DNA from: Octopus sinensis
Taxonomy: Eukaryota
DNA length: 64,000 nt
NCBI RefSeq assembly: GCF_006345805.1
Contig: NC_043003.1
Location: 56,978,001 to 57,042,000, forward strand
Reading direction: 5' to 3'
A model generated the notes under the pieces. It ran no database searches. It worked only from the letters and a program-made list of their open reading frames with translations, and was not told the origin of the DNA. Each line of letters starts with the position of its first letter. Position 1 is the first letter of the stretch. Positions 14,227 through 27,440 of this stretch are shown here, one piece after another. A program made the translations under genes and the position numbers.

Positions 14227-15509
14227 TATGCGGGACCTTGCAGATAAATTAAAGACACTTTTTCAGCAGTTGATTAGTGAGTTTTACATTTCATTTATTG
14301 AAAAAAACTTTGATTGATTAAAAATATAATCCTCCTTTTATTTTCCTGGTAAATAACAAAAAGGTTCAACAACAGAAAGTCATGGATCAATAGAATCGTT
14401 CGGCCAATGTAGCTTTGGCGCGCGACGGGCAAACTCCTAATAGAAGAGTCGTCGAAACCTCCAAAAGTAACATGTTATCGTATGTATAAACAATTTAAAG
14501 AAGAGAGAGATGGATAGAAAAGAAAATACTCGAAATGATTCCTAGCGCAATTCAAAGTTTCACGCTGGCCTCAAACGCTCGATTGAAGCCAACCAATCCA
14601 CATTCATGACAACTCTTGTAAAGACACGCAATGTGTCCCTTTCCACGGTGGCCGCGAATGGGACCCTTGGCATGACTAACTATGTTCGACTACGACGTCA
14701 CCTCGTAAGAACCAAGACCACCAAGGTCAGCGTACTCAGAGCCGTGAGATGGCCAAAATTTCTGTCAAGCATCAAGCATCAAGGTGCAGGAAAAACTCTC
14801 ATGTTTGTGGATGAGAAATTCAGTGTGGACGGAGAGATGAATCGCAGAAATTCTCGAGTTATTGCAGACAACACTTCTGACGTCCACGCTATGCTTGAAA
14901 CTAAGAATCCTGCCTCTGTGATCGTATTTGAAGCCGTGACGAGTGATGGAAGTGTCATGTATTCACACTTCATTGAGTCTGGCTTGAAAAGTGGCAGAAA
15001 GGAGTATCTGAACATTCTAAAGAGCTCTTTGTTACCTTGGATGAAGCAGAAGTTTAAGATTGACAATGTGGTGCTTATCCTGGAATCTGCACAATGCCAT
15101 GGGTCAAAAGCAACACAGGTCTTCCTTGGTGAGAAGGTGCCACATTTTGTGAGGGCCAAAATGTGGCCCAGTAAAAGTCCAGATCTCACCTTTCTCGATT
15201 ACTTGATATAGGGCGTACTTCAAGGAAGGACCAATGCCTCACCACACTCGAGTGGCAACAGTTTGAAGACCTGCATCGTGCATGCGACACGCGAATCAAA
15301 TGGGTGGCTGTTTGGGCAGCTGCAAAAAAAAAATTCGTTCTCATGTGGACGCAGTAATTGGCCAAAAGGGCGGCCATAGATTGTGATAAATGTTTTTCTT
15401 GTAATAAATGTTTCATTAAAATCATATCTGTCTACTACCATTACTTTAGTATTCATAACCAGTTTTATGCATCGTAAAAATTGTCTCAATTTATGTGCAA
15501 GTCACTGTA
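14227..15509 (+). mobile_element. Tc1/mariner superfamily, maT (DD37D)-type transposon, decayed
   Basis: ORF 14606-15211 has FVDEK, NSRV, KNPASVIV, ESAQCH and WPSKSPDLTFLDY, with 37 residues between the second and third catalytic positions. Imperfect TIRs (CTTGCAGATAAATT / AATTTATGTGCAAG) and TA flanks. Confidence 0.85.
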
Positions 15510-16104
15510 TAGCCATATTTAATGAAACTGCCATCTGTTTCTGAAGTTATATTGATTTCAAATTTTGGCGCAAGACAAAGAAATTACATCGATCCCAGTA
15601 CTTATTTTATTGACTGCAAATGGACGAAAGGCAAATTCGAACTCAGAGGAATTAGAACTCAGATCGTTAAAGACGGACGAAACGCTGTCAAGCACTTTAC
15701 CTGTCGTGCTAATGATTCTACCAGCTCGTCACCTTAGTTTCTGAAGTTATTTTGCCTAAACAAAATATATCATTATAAGTTGCACCGACGACATCTTTGA
15801 GGTAGGGGGAACAGTTTCAGTGTTAGTTGCCCGGCTATCTATGCAGCTCACCAGCAGTGTAAAGGTATAGAAGATGCTTTGAAATGACTGAAAAATCATG
15901 TATAACATTAGAAGCCATCTTGAGAAATAAGAGTTACATTGAAGCTACTGCATGCAATTCTTGCATATAGCCACTTTGAAGAATAAACATTGGTGATGAG
16001 AATCTTTCAACCGCAAGACGCGGGTCCCTCTCTTCTATTTATTTCTCCTCAAAGTGCTTAGATCGTGAAACATTGGAATCGTTCCTTTTGTAACAGTGTT
16101 TACA

Positions 16105-16331
16105 TTTACTCTTTTACTCTTTTACATATTTCAGTCATTTGACTGTTGTAATGTTGGAGCACCGCCGTTAGTCGAGCAAATCGATCCCAGGACTTATTCT
16201 TTGTAAGCCTAGTAGTTATTCTATCGGTCGCTTTTGCCAAACCGCTAAGTTACGGGGATGTAAACGCATCAGCATCGGTTGTCAATCGATGTTGGGGGGG
16301 ACAAACAAATACACACAAACACACACACATA

Positions 16332-16403
<72 letters not shown>

Positions 16404-16408
16404 TATAT

Positions 16409-16443
<35 letters not shown>

Positions 16444-16530
16444 ATGCCCAAGGTTCCACGCAGTGGGACTGAACCCGGAACCACGTGGTTGGGAAGCAAG
16501 CTACTTACCACACAGCCATTCCTACGCCTA
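16105..16530 (-). mobile_element. tRNA-derived SINE, family 2 (~400 bp, internal TA/TG microsatellite)
   Basis: Reverse complement of the family 2 copy at 26283-26688. Confidence 0.85.
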
Positions 16531-17159
16531 TAAATTTATTGAAATTCCTAAAACTCTTGTTATATTTATTCGAATACATATCCTTTGTTAGACTAGGTTT
16601 GCAATGGGTAAACTGTTTCTGACCCTTATGTCAGCGAAGAACCGCACCGAGAGTTTAGAAGAAATGCGATGAACATAAGGACACAAGAATCTCCCTACAA
16701 TATGCTCATATTTGTATATATTCTTTTAACTAAATCTAAAATACCTGCATACATGTAAATGACACTCCAGTAACAGGATTATCATAGAAATTAATATTTC
16801 AACATACTGGTCTAATTTGGTTTTCTGTAAATGTACTAGATTGAATTAAACCACAATATTGGTGGTACGCATTTCCCCCATATTTGAGAAGGCGAAGTGA
16901 AATAGTTGCCAAATGAATTATTACATATCAAACGATAGCCAGCGAAATTATACATTCTCAAGCAATTATTCCAACGCTGTACGATATCTGTCACTGTAGC
17001 GCTATTTAAAGTAAAGACCAAATAATGATTTTATAATTTGATACAAAACATCACAAAAGCAGGAAAATATATTTTCGTGGTTGCATAACATGCTAAAAAT
17101 AAGACCCAAATACTTTTCAAATCAATGGTACTTACTTCGAAATGAAAATGACGCATTCG

Positions 17160-17165
17160 ATGCTC

Positions 17166-17220
<55 letters not shown>

Positions 17221-17547
17221 ACACATACGTATCTACATACATTTGTATATATATGTATATATATTTACATAAGTATGATATATTCATATGTATGTATATA
17301 TATATATATATATAAACATATACATATATATATATATTATATATATATATCTATATATATATATATATACATATATATATGTATATATATATATATATAG
17401 ATATATATATATATATTTATTTATATATATATATAAATATATATGTATTTATATATAAATATATATATATTTATTTATATATATATACATATATATATAT
17501 ATTCGTATATATATATACATATATAATATATGTATATATAAATATTT

Positions 17548-17584
<37 letters not shown>

Positions 17585-17715
17585 TATTCGTATATATATA
17601 ACATATATATATATGTATATATATATTATATATATTATATATATTATATATATATACATATATATTCGTATATATATACATATATTATGTATATATAATA
17701 TTTATATATATATAA
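17160..17715. repeat. Long degenerate (TA)n tract
   Basis: Direct reading. Confidence 0.95.
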
Positions 17716-17721
17716 ATCATT

Positions 17722-18312
17722 AAATCCTTAAAAATGTTTTAGCCCGAAGGCCGCGGCCATGCTGGGGCACCACCGCTGAATGAGCCACACTAGTTTGTGA
17801 ATCCACCTCTGATACGTGGCACTTGATCAACAAGGGAGTTCGATGCTGCTGCCCGCATCCGTGTCTCCTGTCGTGAGGTAGGTTCATCTGGGACTCCCAA
17901 CAAGAAGAGATCCAGTTTAGTTTTAAAGAAACCCACATCCACACCATGTAAGTCTCTCAGGCATTTAGGGAGGATGTTGAAAAGCTGTGGTCCTCTGAAA
18001 CCCAAGCTGTTGCAGTATCTGGACCTGTATTTTGATGGTGATGTTGGAATCCTTGGCATCACGCAGCGGCACCCCGTTATGCGGTTGGAGTAACTTTGAA
18101 TGCCAAAGTTTGGGATAAGACCCTCCAGGATTTTCCAGATGTATATTACTGCATATCTCTCCCGCCTCCGCTCCAGGGAGAAGAGGTTTAATACCTTCAG
18201 TCTTTCCCAGTAGCTGACATTTTGCATTGAGACGATTTTCTTTGTGTAGCTTCTCTGAGTTGCTTCGAGTTCTGCTGTTTGTTTTATATTGTGTGGTGAC
18301 CAAAGTTGGGAG
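17722..18312 (-). mobile_element. CR1-like LINE 3' fragment (RT C-terminus and 3' UTR)
   Basis: ORF 17790-18227 contains [30 protein letters not shown], typical of CR1/L2-group ORF2 C-termini. Confidence 0.85.
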
Positions 18313-18315
18313 CAG

Positions 18316-18340
18316 TATATATATATTCGTATATATATAC

Positions 18341-18397
<57 letters not shown>

Positions 18398-18440
18398 AAT
18401 ATTTATATATATATATATAATATATGTATATATAAATATT

Positions 18441-18472
<32 letters not shown>

Positions 18473-18478
18473 AATATT

Positions 18479-18510
<32 letters not shown>

Positions 18511-18516
18511 AATATT

Positions 18517-18550
<34 letters not shown>

Positions 18551-18552
18551 AA

Positions 18553-18620
<68 letters not shown>
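18316..18620. repeat. (TA)n tract with a ~40-bp higher-order unit
   Basis: TGTATATATAAATATTTATA(TA)n recurs at 40-nt spacing (18461, 18501, 18541). Confidence 0.8.
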
Positions 18621-19673
18621 TGAAACCAACTAAGGGATAGTACCTATCTAATATACTGCTGGTAGTGTATACAATTATTCATATCCAAGTGCTAATTATT
18701 GCATGGCAATCTCGCAATTGAGTATTATACATAAGCGTGGGTTAAAAGTGGGTTACCCTTGATTTATACGGCAAATAAGAAAACGGAGAGGATATAAAAT
18801 TGACAGATATCAGCCGGTAAACATTCCAGCATGTCTATTTATTCAAATGTATTGGATGAATACACACACATTTATGAGTGGTACAGATTAGCGAGTGGTA
18901 AAAACTGGTAACTGCATAAACAAGGATGTGAATACATATAAGCATATAGAAACAAATGAGCAATTTGGCAAAAAATAAATGGGTGTGCAGGTGCTAGTTT
19001 CTTACGGCCGTTTCTGCCAAAAGGCAACGAAGTCTTCCAGGTATCTTCATCTCTTCCGTGTTAAGCAGAGATGAGCGGACAAGACTTGGATAATTAATGT
19101 ACCCCTAGGCTTCTTCAGAGGGTCTAAGTGGTTTGTGGGGGTGCTAAAATATATAAAAATCACTTAAGAATAACAAAGGTATGTTTATCCTGTAAAATAG
19201 AATAGAATAAGAATAAGAGTAAGATCAAACACAAGAGTACAAGTGAAGTACAGCATAATATAATGATGCGCTCATAGCAAAGGGGAATAATGTACATACT
19301 TCCCGTAATATATTTCATTATGTAAGATCCATGTTATTTCATCCAGTGGTGGTTAGGTGAATATAGTCGTTCTCAGGAGGAGTTTTTATTTCAGGAGGGA
19401 TAATTTTAGGCAGTAATTCACAGATCTTTAGTGGTGGGTCTTTTCATATGGTCCGTGATACAGGGTTGAAAGTTTATATGTAAAGTACCAGTTAGTAGGT
19501 GTCGCATTGCAAAGGGTATGACATAAGCAACTTATAATGAACGTTTGGGACATGAGTGTATCAATGAGAGAAAAGTAGGTGAGGCCAAAATGCGATGTCA
19601 GTGTTCGTTACATTTTGCTTATCAAATATATATAAGGAGTAGACAACCACCATATATATATATATATACATAA

Positions 19674-19724
<51 letters not shown>

Positions 19725-20096
19725 TTGTCTACTCCTTATGCAGTGTCAGACCACCCCTCTTCTTACAACTTACATCTACGATGGTGTCTGATGTGGCTTT
19801 TTAAACCAGACAATAATTTGAAAATACACCCACGCAATTTGCATATCTACTCTGGACCACCTAGAACCATGGAAAACAAATTTCCGTCAACTACTCTGCC
19901 TATCTCTTTGCGCATCCCTTTCAATGCCATGTATGCCATAATGTCTGCAAATCTAACAGAAGCTTGAAAAGACATTCTAAGATACTCAATGATCAGATCT
20001 TAACTGCAGATCACCATAAAACAACTGTTTGAATGTGCGTTCAACCGCCACTCGAACAATGTAGCCAGACTATCTCCATTTTCAAGATCATCAATT

Positions 20097-20535
20097 GAAT
20101 CTTTTCGGTTTGAACGGCAGTTTTTTCTAGCGGTGTCATATGAAATTGTCACCCATAATTATGACCCTAGTATCGATCTATTGCATTTCAATCTGTTTTA
20201 GGGTTAAGGTTAGTTAGGGTTAGGGTTAGGGTTAGGAGTGTGGGGAAGGGTATCTTTTTTCTTCGCAAATGTAAATAAACCCAATCTTTTTCTTAAACGA
20301 GGGACATATTCATACGGCACAGAATGTTTTTTTACCTCAATAGGCGTCAGTGATTGGTTGAAATTGCAGAAATTGATGAAAAACAACAACAAATATCTTA
20401 CAAACTGTAGAATTTTCTGAATAAAGCCAACAGAAAAAGATGTTTTATAAACACATTTTACCAGTATACGAAGTTTAAAATGTTTTAGTTACCTAGAAAT
20501 TATGTTAAAAACTGCTGTTCAAACCGAAAAGATCC
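20097..20535. mobile_element. MITE with ~28-bp TIRs and internal (TTAGGG)n
   Basis: GAATCTTTTCGGTTTGAACGGCAGTTTT ... AAAACTGCTGTTCAAACCGAAAAGATCC, with TTAGGG repeats at ~20199-20236. A second full copy in reverse orientation lies at 54335-54768. Confidence 0.85.
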
Positions 20536-21214
20536 CATCAATTTAAGTGAACTGATACCTGCAGATGTAAAGACCATTTGTATCTGAAATACAAAAGTCA
20601 CGTTTCACGTTTCAAATTCGGCGAAGTAATTTTGAACTGTTCTAAAAATTTGCAATGTCTTTCGCAACAGGTCCATATTTAAGAGAAATACAACCAGTAA
20701 AATAAATTATTAGTAAATATATAGAGCATTTTATCCCAATTTAATACCAATTATTTGTTGATTTGTATTTCATCTTCTGTAGCACAAACTTTTAATGCAA
20801 AGTATCATTTGCATTTTAAAGCAACTCTTTACATTATACCGCTGCATGATTTTACATTCTGAGTTCGAATCGTACCGAGGTCAAAAGCGTATTCGCGTCT
20901 CGCCTTTCCGGCTTTGAAGGCGGCGAGAAGGCAGAATCGTTACCGCGCAAGACAAAGTTATACTTCGTAGCATTTCTACTGACTTTACATTCTGTATGGC
21001 TTCGGTTTCTGTCATCTAAGCCACTCGGAAGCCTGAAGATGGCGCAGTGTTTTTACATGATGTAATACACGAAAACTGAATATAGCGCTTTGCTATTGGA
21101 ATATGTGTAGCCTGGGGTGAGCTGCTATACTCCATTATCTTTTTTATTGTATGAAGGTATAGATGTTTGAAAGCATGCATGTATGCAAGTATGTATGTAT
21201 ATATGTATATATAT

Positions 21215-21246
<32 letters not shown>

Positions 21247-21247
21247 C

Positions 21248-21279
<32 letters not shown>

Positions 21280-21306
21280 ATATATAATGTATATATGTAT
21301 ATGTAT

Positions 21307-21354
<48 letters not shown>

Positions 21355-21358
21355 ATAC

Positions 21359-21394
<36 letters not shown>

Positions 21395-21402
21395 GATCTT
21401 CT

Positions 21403-21575
21403 CGGGATCTTTCCTTCTTCTTTGTTTCCGACGAAGAGCTCCGCTCGAAACGTTAAACCCTCCTTCCCTTCTTTCCTGAGCGTCCAATAATACTTTATTT
21501 GTTCCACGTCCTCGCGTTGCTGTGTTTTTTTGTGCTTTCTTGTTTGGATTAACTTTATATATATACATATGTATA
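21403..21575 (+). mobile_element. Penelope-type pseudo-LTR fragment containing a minimal hammerhead-like motif
   Basis: GTTT-CCGACGA-AGAGC TCC GCTC-GAAAC-GTT-AAAC at 21424-21458. A related reverse copy lies at 59565-59680. Confidence 0.6.
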
Positions 21576-22159
21576 CCTGTGTGTGTATGTGTGTACACAA
21601 ACACACACACTCAAAGAGGTTCTTTTAGTGTCCGTCTACCTAATCCACTTACATGCCTTTGGTTGAACCGAGGCTATATTAGAGGATATTTGCCCCCCAA
21701 GGTGTCACGCAGTGGTACTGAACCTAGAACCATATGATTGTCGTGTATCTTGTGAGTAGAACAGAATGAGATTCAAACCCGACCCAATTTTCGCTTAATC
21801 TGGTACTACCGTCTCACATACGCGACAGCACACTGAACTGGAGCTATTGCATGACCGTCAACTGTACAGCCACTCCTAGCTTTGTTGATGATGTAAATTG
21901 ATTGAATTTTCTATTATATAAAGGTCGGCCACGAACCCGATACTCCAATTATAGAAGGAGGAGATTTGCTTACGATTAAATAAACAAAATTTTATAACAT
22001 ATTGAATATTCTTTATTTCATTTGTTAAGCAAAATACTAAACACAGACTGACACATGTACAAGTGTGTATGTATGTTAGTATAGATATATAAATATGTGT
22101 AAGTACATACATTAATATATCTATGTGTGTGTGTGTGCATGTCTGTGTATGTGTGTATA

Positions 22160-22210
<51 letters not shown>

Positions 22211-22223
22211 ATATATATATATC

Positions 22224-22322
<99 letters not shown>

Positions 22323-24680
22323 CGTGTACATACATAGATAATTGAAATATATATATACACATAAATATATACGAAATTACATGAGAAACTATGCCGAACT
22401 TGTAACTGTCATACCCATTATCAGATGTCTCAACAACCTAAAGCAAGATACATCTATTCTATTAATTATCTGTTCATATTATCAACTTAAAACTTGTTTA
22501 TAATTATATTTACAATTTCACCTCTGAAGAGAGGGTCAATAAATTTGTCTATGTCAGTTTGATGGCAATAACTATTAATTTTCCGGTAGTATTTAATTTA
22601 AGAATGTTATTTGCTATAATCAGCTATGATCGAACAGAACCCTGTTGAAAGATATCACTCCGTTGGCCATCTTGTCTTTTAATTTGGCAGCGACTAAGTT
22701 TCTCTTATATAACGTTCGAGTGTAATCTGCGAAACATTTCTCTGTTACTTCTTGCAGATCAAGCAACTGTGATACGGCTTGACATTTTACTCCATTATAT
22801 ATGTTATATATTGTTTAAGGCGGCGAGCTGGCAGAATCGTTACCATGCTGGAAATGGTGCTTCGCGGTACTTCTTTCGTCTTTACGTTCTGAGTTTAAAT
22901 TCCGAACAGCCCTACTTTACCTCTCATCCCTTTCGAGATCGATAAAATAAGTACAAAGTACCAGTTGTGCACTGTGATCGCCATAATCGAATTAGCCCGT
23001 CCCCCAAAAACTGCTGGCCTTGAAACTGATATTAATTAGACATTGTAGACACTAATATGGAACAATGTATAAGAATTGACTCAAAGTATGCGTCGTTCCC
23101 GATTTCGATCTAGAAATTCATTTACTGCCACAAAGACTCTTTACTTTCAAAGAAGCGAGTACATGTAGAATCATGTAAAAGCAAACTCACTAATAGTCTT
23201 TTTTCTGATAATAAATCTTTTGTCTCTTTTTTTTTTTTACTTGTTTCAGTTTTTGGACTGTAGCTATGCCGTGGCACCGCCATGAATAGTCTAGTCAACC
23301 TGTAGAATTTTTATTTTAAGCTTAACACGCTCTACAGGCCTCTTTTTACCGAAACCCTACCCGCTAACTTATGGTGATGTAAACAAACCAAAACCGGTTC
23401 CTACTCAGTACTGGCGTACAAATACAAACACAAAGACACACACGCACACATAGATACAAATATGCTACACAACCCGTTCAGTATAGACGTAAAGAAAAAA
23501 CCCCGTCAGATCCATTGATATTCTACGTGTATCTAGGCTCAGTGCAGAATCCTGTCCAGTTCATTACTACACAGTTTGCTAGCAGAGTCGTCAGCATTCC
23601 AGGTAAATTACTTAACGGCAGAGTCGTCAGCATTCCAGGTAAATTACTTAACGGCAGTTCATTCGTTTTAAATTCTGAGTTCAAATACTACCAAGGTCGA
23701 AATTACATTTCATCTTTAAGTGGTCGATAATATAAGCGTCAGCTGAATATTGGTAGTGTTGGTGGTGAAGATGATGGTGATGGTGGTGTTGGTAATGGTG
23801 GTGGTTGTGGTGTTGGAGGTATCGACGTAATCGTCATACCCTATCTCCTCCCCAAATTGCTGGCCTTGTGCCAAAATTTGAAACCGACATTTTAAATATT
23901 AGTACGTGGGGGAAAATTCCCGAAGAAGTTGAATATTTAACGGCGCATTAAGATACTTCATTGAAAGGACTTGGTCACAGAAAAGGAAAAGTAAAACTGG
24001 AAATTGTAATTTATAAAAAAAACCGTTAGTCAATTGTTTCACAGTTGTAATACCAAATATCGTGATATCGTTGATGTGTTTAAACCTGACACTGGCCTAC
24101 ATTATGCAGAACCAGACATAAAGTAATTTCAGCCGTTTTTTTTATTAAATTGTGCTTTTTTTTTAACAGTATAGTATATCAAAGACAACATTATTCCGCA
24201 TAGTCAGTAATGTATAAGATAATAGCGTGTATTTGGCTACTAATAATTGCAGAAAATGTGACCTCTTTAAGGATCCTTTATTGCCCGGATAGAACATAAT
24301 AAAAAATGCTCATTCGAGTGTCCAAAGTTTTATGAGATTCAAAAATATTTGAAGCACATTACAGTAATATAACATCATACAATAAAAATGGAAAACAATC
24401 ACCTAAATAATACGCGAGAACCTGGTGAAATTAGTATTTCTGTATGAACTATGGTTTAACAGTCAGTCATAAATGATTGTATATACATATATGTATTGAG
24501 GATTTTGAGCATTATGTGTATACACTCCTCAAAAACAAAGTAACAGACAGAAACATAACTTCATACTTCCATCAAACAATACAGCCTCAGAGGTATATAT
24601 GTTGCAGTGTATAACTAAGGGACGTTTTGCATGTCTCTGTAGTTGTGTTTGCAAATATCTATTTGTTTGTGTGTGCGTGT

Positions 24681-24736
<56 letters not shown>

Positions 24737-24885
24737 GTGAAATAGAAAGATGAATAATCTTGTAGCAGATTAATCAAAAGTTTAACCGATACCTTGGTAG
24801 CAAAAATCACAGCAGAAGACAGCACGGTTGGAGGTACAACCATATGTTGTTGCAACCGTGCGTTGGTGCGGATAATTGAATTTTA

Positions 24886-25256
24886 ATATTATTAGTGAAT
24901 TGAAGAAATGGAGCTGAACGAAGATTGAACAGAAATCGTTTTATTTCATTCTACACGTGTTTCGAAAGGCACAATTTACCAAAATCCGATTGAATGATGA
25001 GACCATATTGTGTCTTTCTCTTCAGGAAGAAATAGGAAATCCGTTGGAAAAAACAAAAACAGATTGCTCCGCCTCTGTTCTGTTTTTGTTTTTTCCAACG
25101 GATTTCCTATTTCTTCCTGAAGAGAAAGACACAATATGGTCTCATTATTCAATCGGATTTTGGTAAATTGTGCCTTTCGAAACACGTGTAGAATGAAATA
25201 AAACGATTTCTGTTCAATCTTCGTTCAGCTCCATTTCTTCAATTCACTAATAATAT
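24886..25256. repeat. Near-perfect inverted repeat (178-bp arms, 15-bp spacer) of a Penelope-type pseudo-LTR
   Basis: Arms 24886-25063 and 25079-25256 are reverse complements, with one mismatch seen. Confidence 0.9.
25110..25198 (+). ncRNA. Type I hammerhead ribozyme (minimal, palindromic stem III); mirrored on the minus strand at 24944-25032
   Basis: TTC-CTGAAGA-GAAAGACACAAT...ATTGTGCCTTTC-GAAAC-ACGT-GTA^GAA. Conserved core, stem II, self-complementary ACACGTGT stem III, GUA cleavage site and stem I are all present. Confidence 0.7.
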
Positions 25257-25646
25257 ATATATATATATAAGTTCAGCAAAATTTAGATTCAGATGAATAT
25301 GGTACTTAAGTTAAAGGCACCAGAATTTTGTATGGTATTATCCATATAAATCAAATGGAGGTGATTATAATCAAAATAAGCAACAAAGATATCTAAGGTA
25401 GTGTAGTACAATTGTTTCATGCTACTTCATTTTATTAAACACTGTAAGTATTACGTCAGTTTTAAAATATCGAGCAATCTTCAGCCACATATAGAATTTT
25501 TCAATTAAACTGACAATGCACATTCTTATACTTATTCCATTTGCCAACATTACAAAAAGGGTAAATATATAGACAGAGAGGATAAATTTCATCATTAAGA
25601 ACATGATGGTAGTATATTTATTCTCCGTCTGTAGATTTTATCACTA

Positions 25647-25696
<50 letters not shown>

Positions 25697-26282
25697 AGTC
25701 TAATATATTTTGAATTATATTTTTTCTATAAATCTTCTCTAATGGTGTTAATAAGCTACGTATACTTTACCATAGTATTAGTAATTAAGTCATTTTATTC
25801 CTTTTCTATGGTTATCTACCCTACTTGATTATTTTACCTAAAGAAGGACAAAGAGCAGTGATCTAATTTCTCTGGCACGAAGGTGTGTCAGGTGCTGAAA
25901 TTCATCGGAGGCTTTTAGTACAATACAGGGACAGTAGAAGTTAATATCAGTGGAGCTCGAAGTTTAAAAGTTTCCAGATAAGCAGGTCACCCGTCAACCT
26001 CCACTATTAACTAGATGATTAAGCAAGCTCGAGAATTGGTAATGTTAAACCGGTTAACCGTCTCAAATCATAGTTCTTTGTTCTTCTTTGGTGCACATTG
26101 CTATGGACAGTCTTACGATCAAAGCCACAGATACGTCTTAAGATGTAAATATAACGACATGTATAATACATGTCCGTGTGTGTTTGTTTGTGTGTGAGTG
26201 TGTGTGTGTGTGTGCATTTGTGTGTGTGTGTGTTTGTGTGTATGTCTGCTTGTTATAAAATGATATGAATATATCTTAGACA

Positions 26283-26688
26283 TAGGCGCAGGAGTAGCTG
26301 TGTGGTAAGTAGCTTGCTTACCAACTACATTGTTCCGGGTTCAGTCCCGCTGCGTGGCGCCTTGGGCAAGTGTCTTCTACTATAGCCTCAGGAACACCAA
26401 AGCCTTGTGAGTGGATTTGGTAGACGGAAACTGAAAAAAAGCCCGTCGTATATATGTATATGTATATATGTGTGTGTGCGTGTGTTTGTGTGTCTGTGTT
26501 TGTACCCCCCAACATCGCTTGACAAACAATGGTGCTGCGTTTATGTCCTCGTAACCTAGCGGTTCGGCAAAAGAGACAGATAGAATAAGTACTAGGCTTA
26601 CAAAGAATAAGTTCTGGGGTCGATTTGCTCGACTAAAGGCGGTGCTCCAGCATGGCCGTAGTTAAATGACTGAAGCAAGTAAAAGAGA
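26283..26688 (+). mobile_element. tRNA-derived SINE, family 2, full length
   Basis: TAGGCGCAGGAGTAGCTGTGTGGTAAG (A box), GGTTCAGTCCC (B box), and tail GGCGGTGCTCCAGCATGGCC...AAGTAAAAGAG. Other copies lie at 21610-21735, 23225-23470 and 46215-46860. Confidence 0.85.
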
Positions 26689-27139
26689 GAATAAACATAT
26701 CTAAGGCTATTTTGAATCCAATATCGCTTCCCCTTCTCTTAAAGAGGCTAGATATGTCAGAGATTTTGCTTGCTATTTTTAGCTGGTCAAGTGCAAACTA
26801 AGAGATTTCTACTGAAAAAGTGTGTATTTCAAGCAGAAACTGAATACAAAATATGGTTATGGTTTGCATCGTGGTGAAACTACGTGGTGGATTTTAGAAA
26901 TAAACTTCAACACACACACACACACACTCACACACACACGCACACACACACACACACACGAACGCATACACAAACAAAAACACATACGCATGCATATTTT
27001 ACTTGTTTCCATGCTAGGATATCACGTTGGAGAAATCATCTCCAACGAATCAACCTTATCATCGTAGGAAACTGTGAACAACAATGTATAACTATAGTAT
27101 ATTTTAGCCAACATTGTTTCTACTAACTCTGCTGGATAT

Positions 27140-27440
27140 TTTTTTATTTATTTATGCGCCCTTTTCAAGCCTACCAGGCTTATGGACCCGGTTTCCCGGA
27201 TTCTGTGGCGTATGTGTTCCCCCCCAGCTGGACGGGACGCCAGTACATCGCAGCGTTACTCAAGATACAGGAAGAAAGAGTGAGAGGAAGTTGGAGCGAA
27301 AGAGTACAACAGGGATCGCAAACCCCCACCCTCCTACTGCAGCCACGTGGAGGTGTTTTCGCTCAATAAACACACACAACGCCCGGTCTGGGAATCGAAA
27401 CCGCGATCCTCCGACCGCGAGTCCGCTGCCCTGACCACCC
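27140..27440 (-). mobile_element. tRNA-derived SINE, family 3
   Basis: Minus strand head GTGGTCAGGGCAGCGGACTCGCGGTCGGAGGATCGCGGTTTCGATTCCCAGACC. Further copies lie at 28665-28900 (-) and 55472-55775 (+). Confidence 0.75.

Noticed and set aside
20199-20236. Chromosome end or telomere fusion
   Set aside because: The TTAGGG tract is short, degenerate and internal to a MITE.
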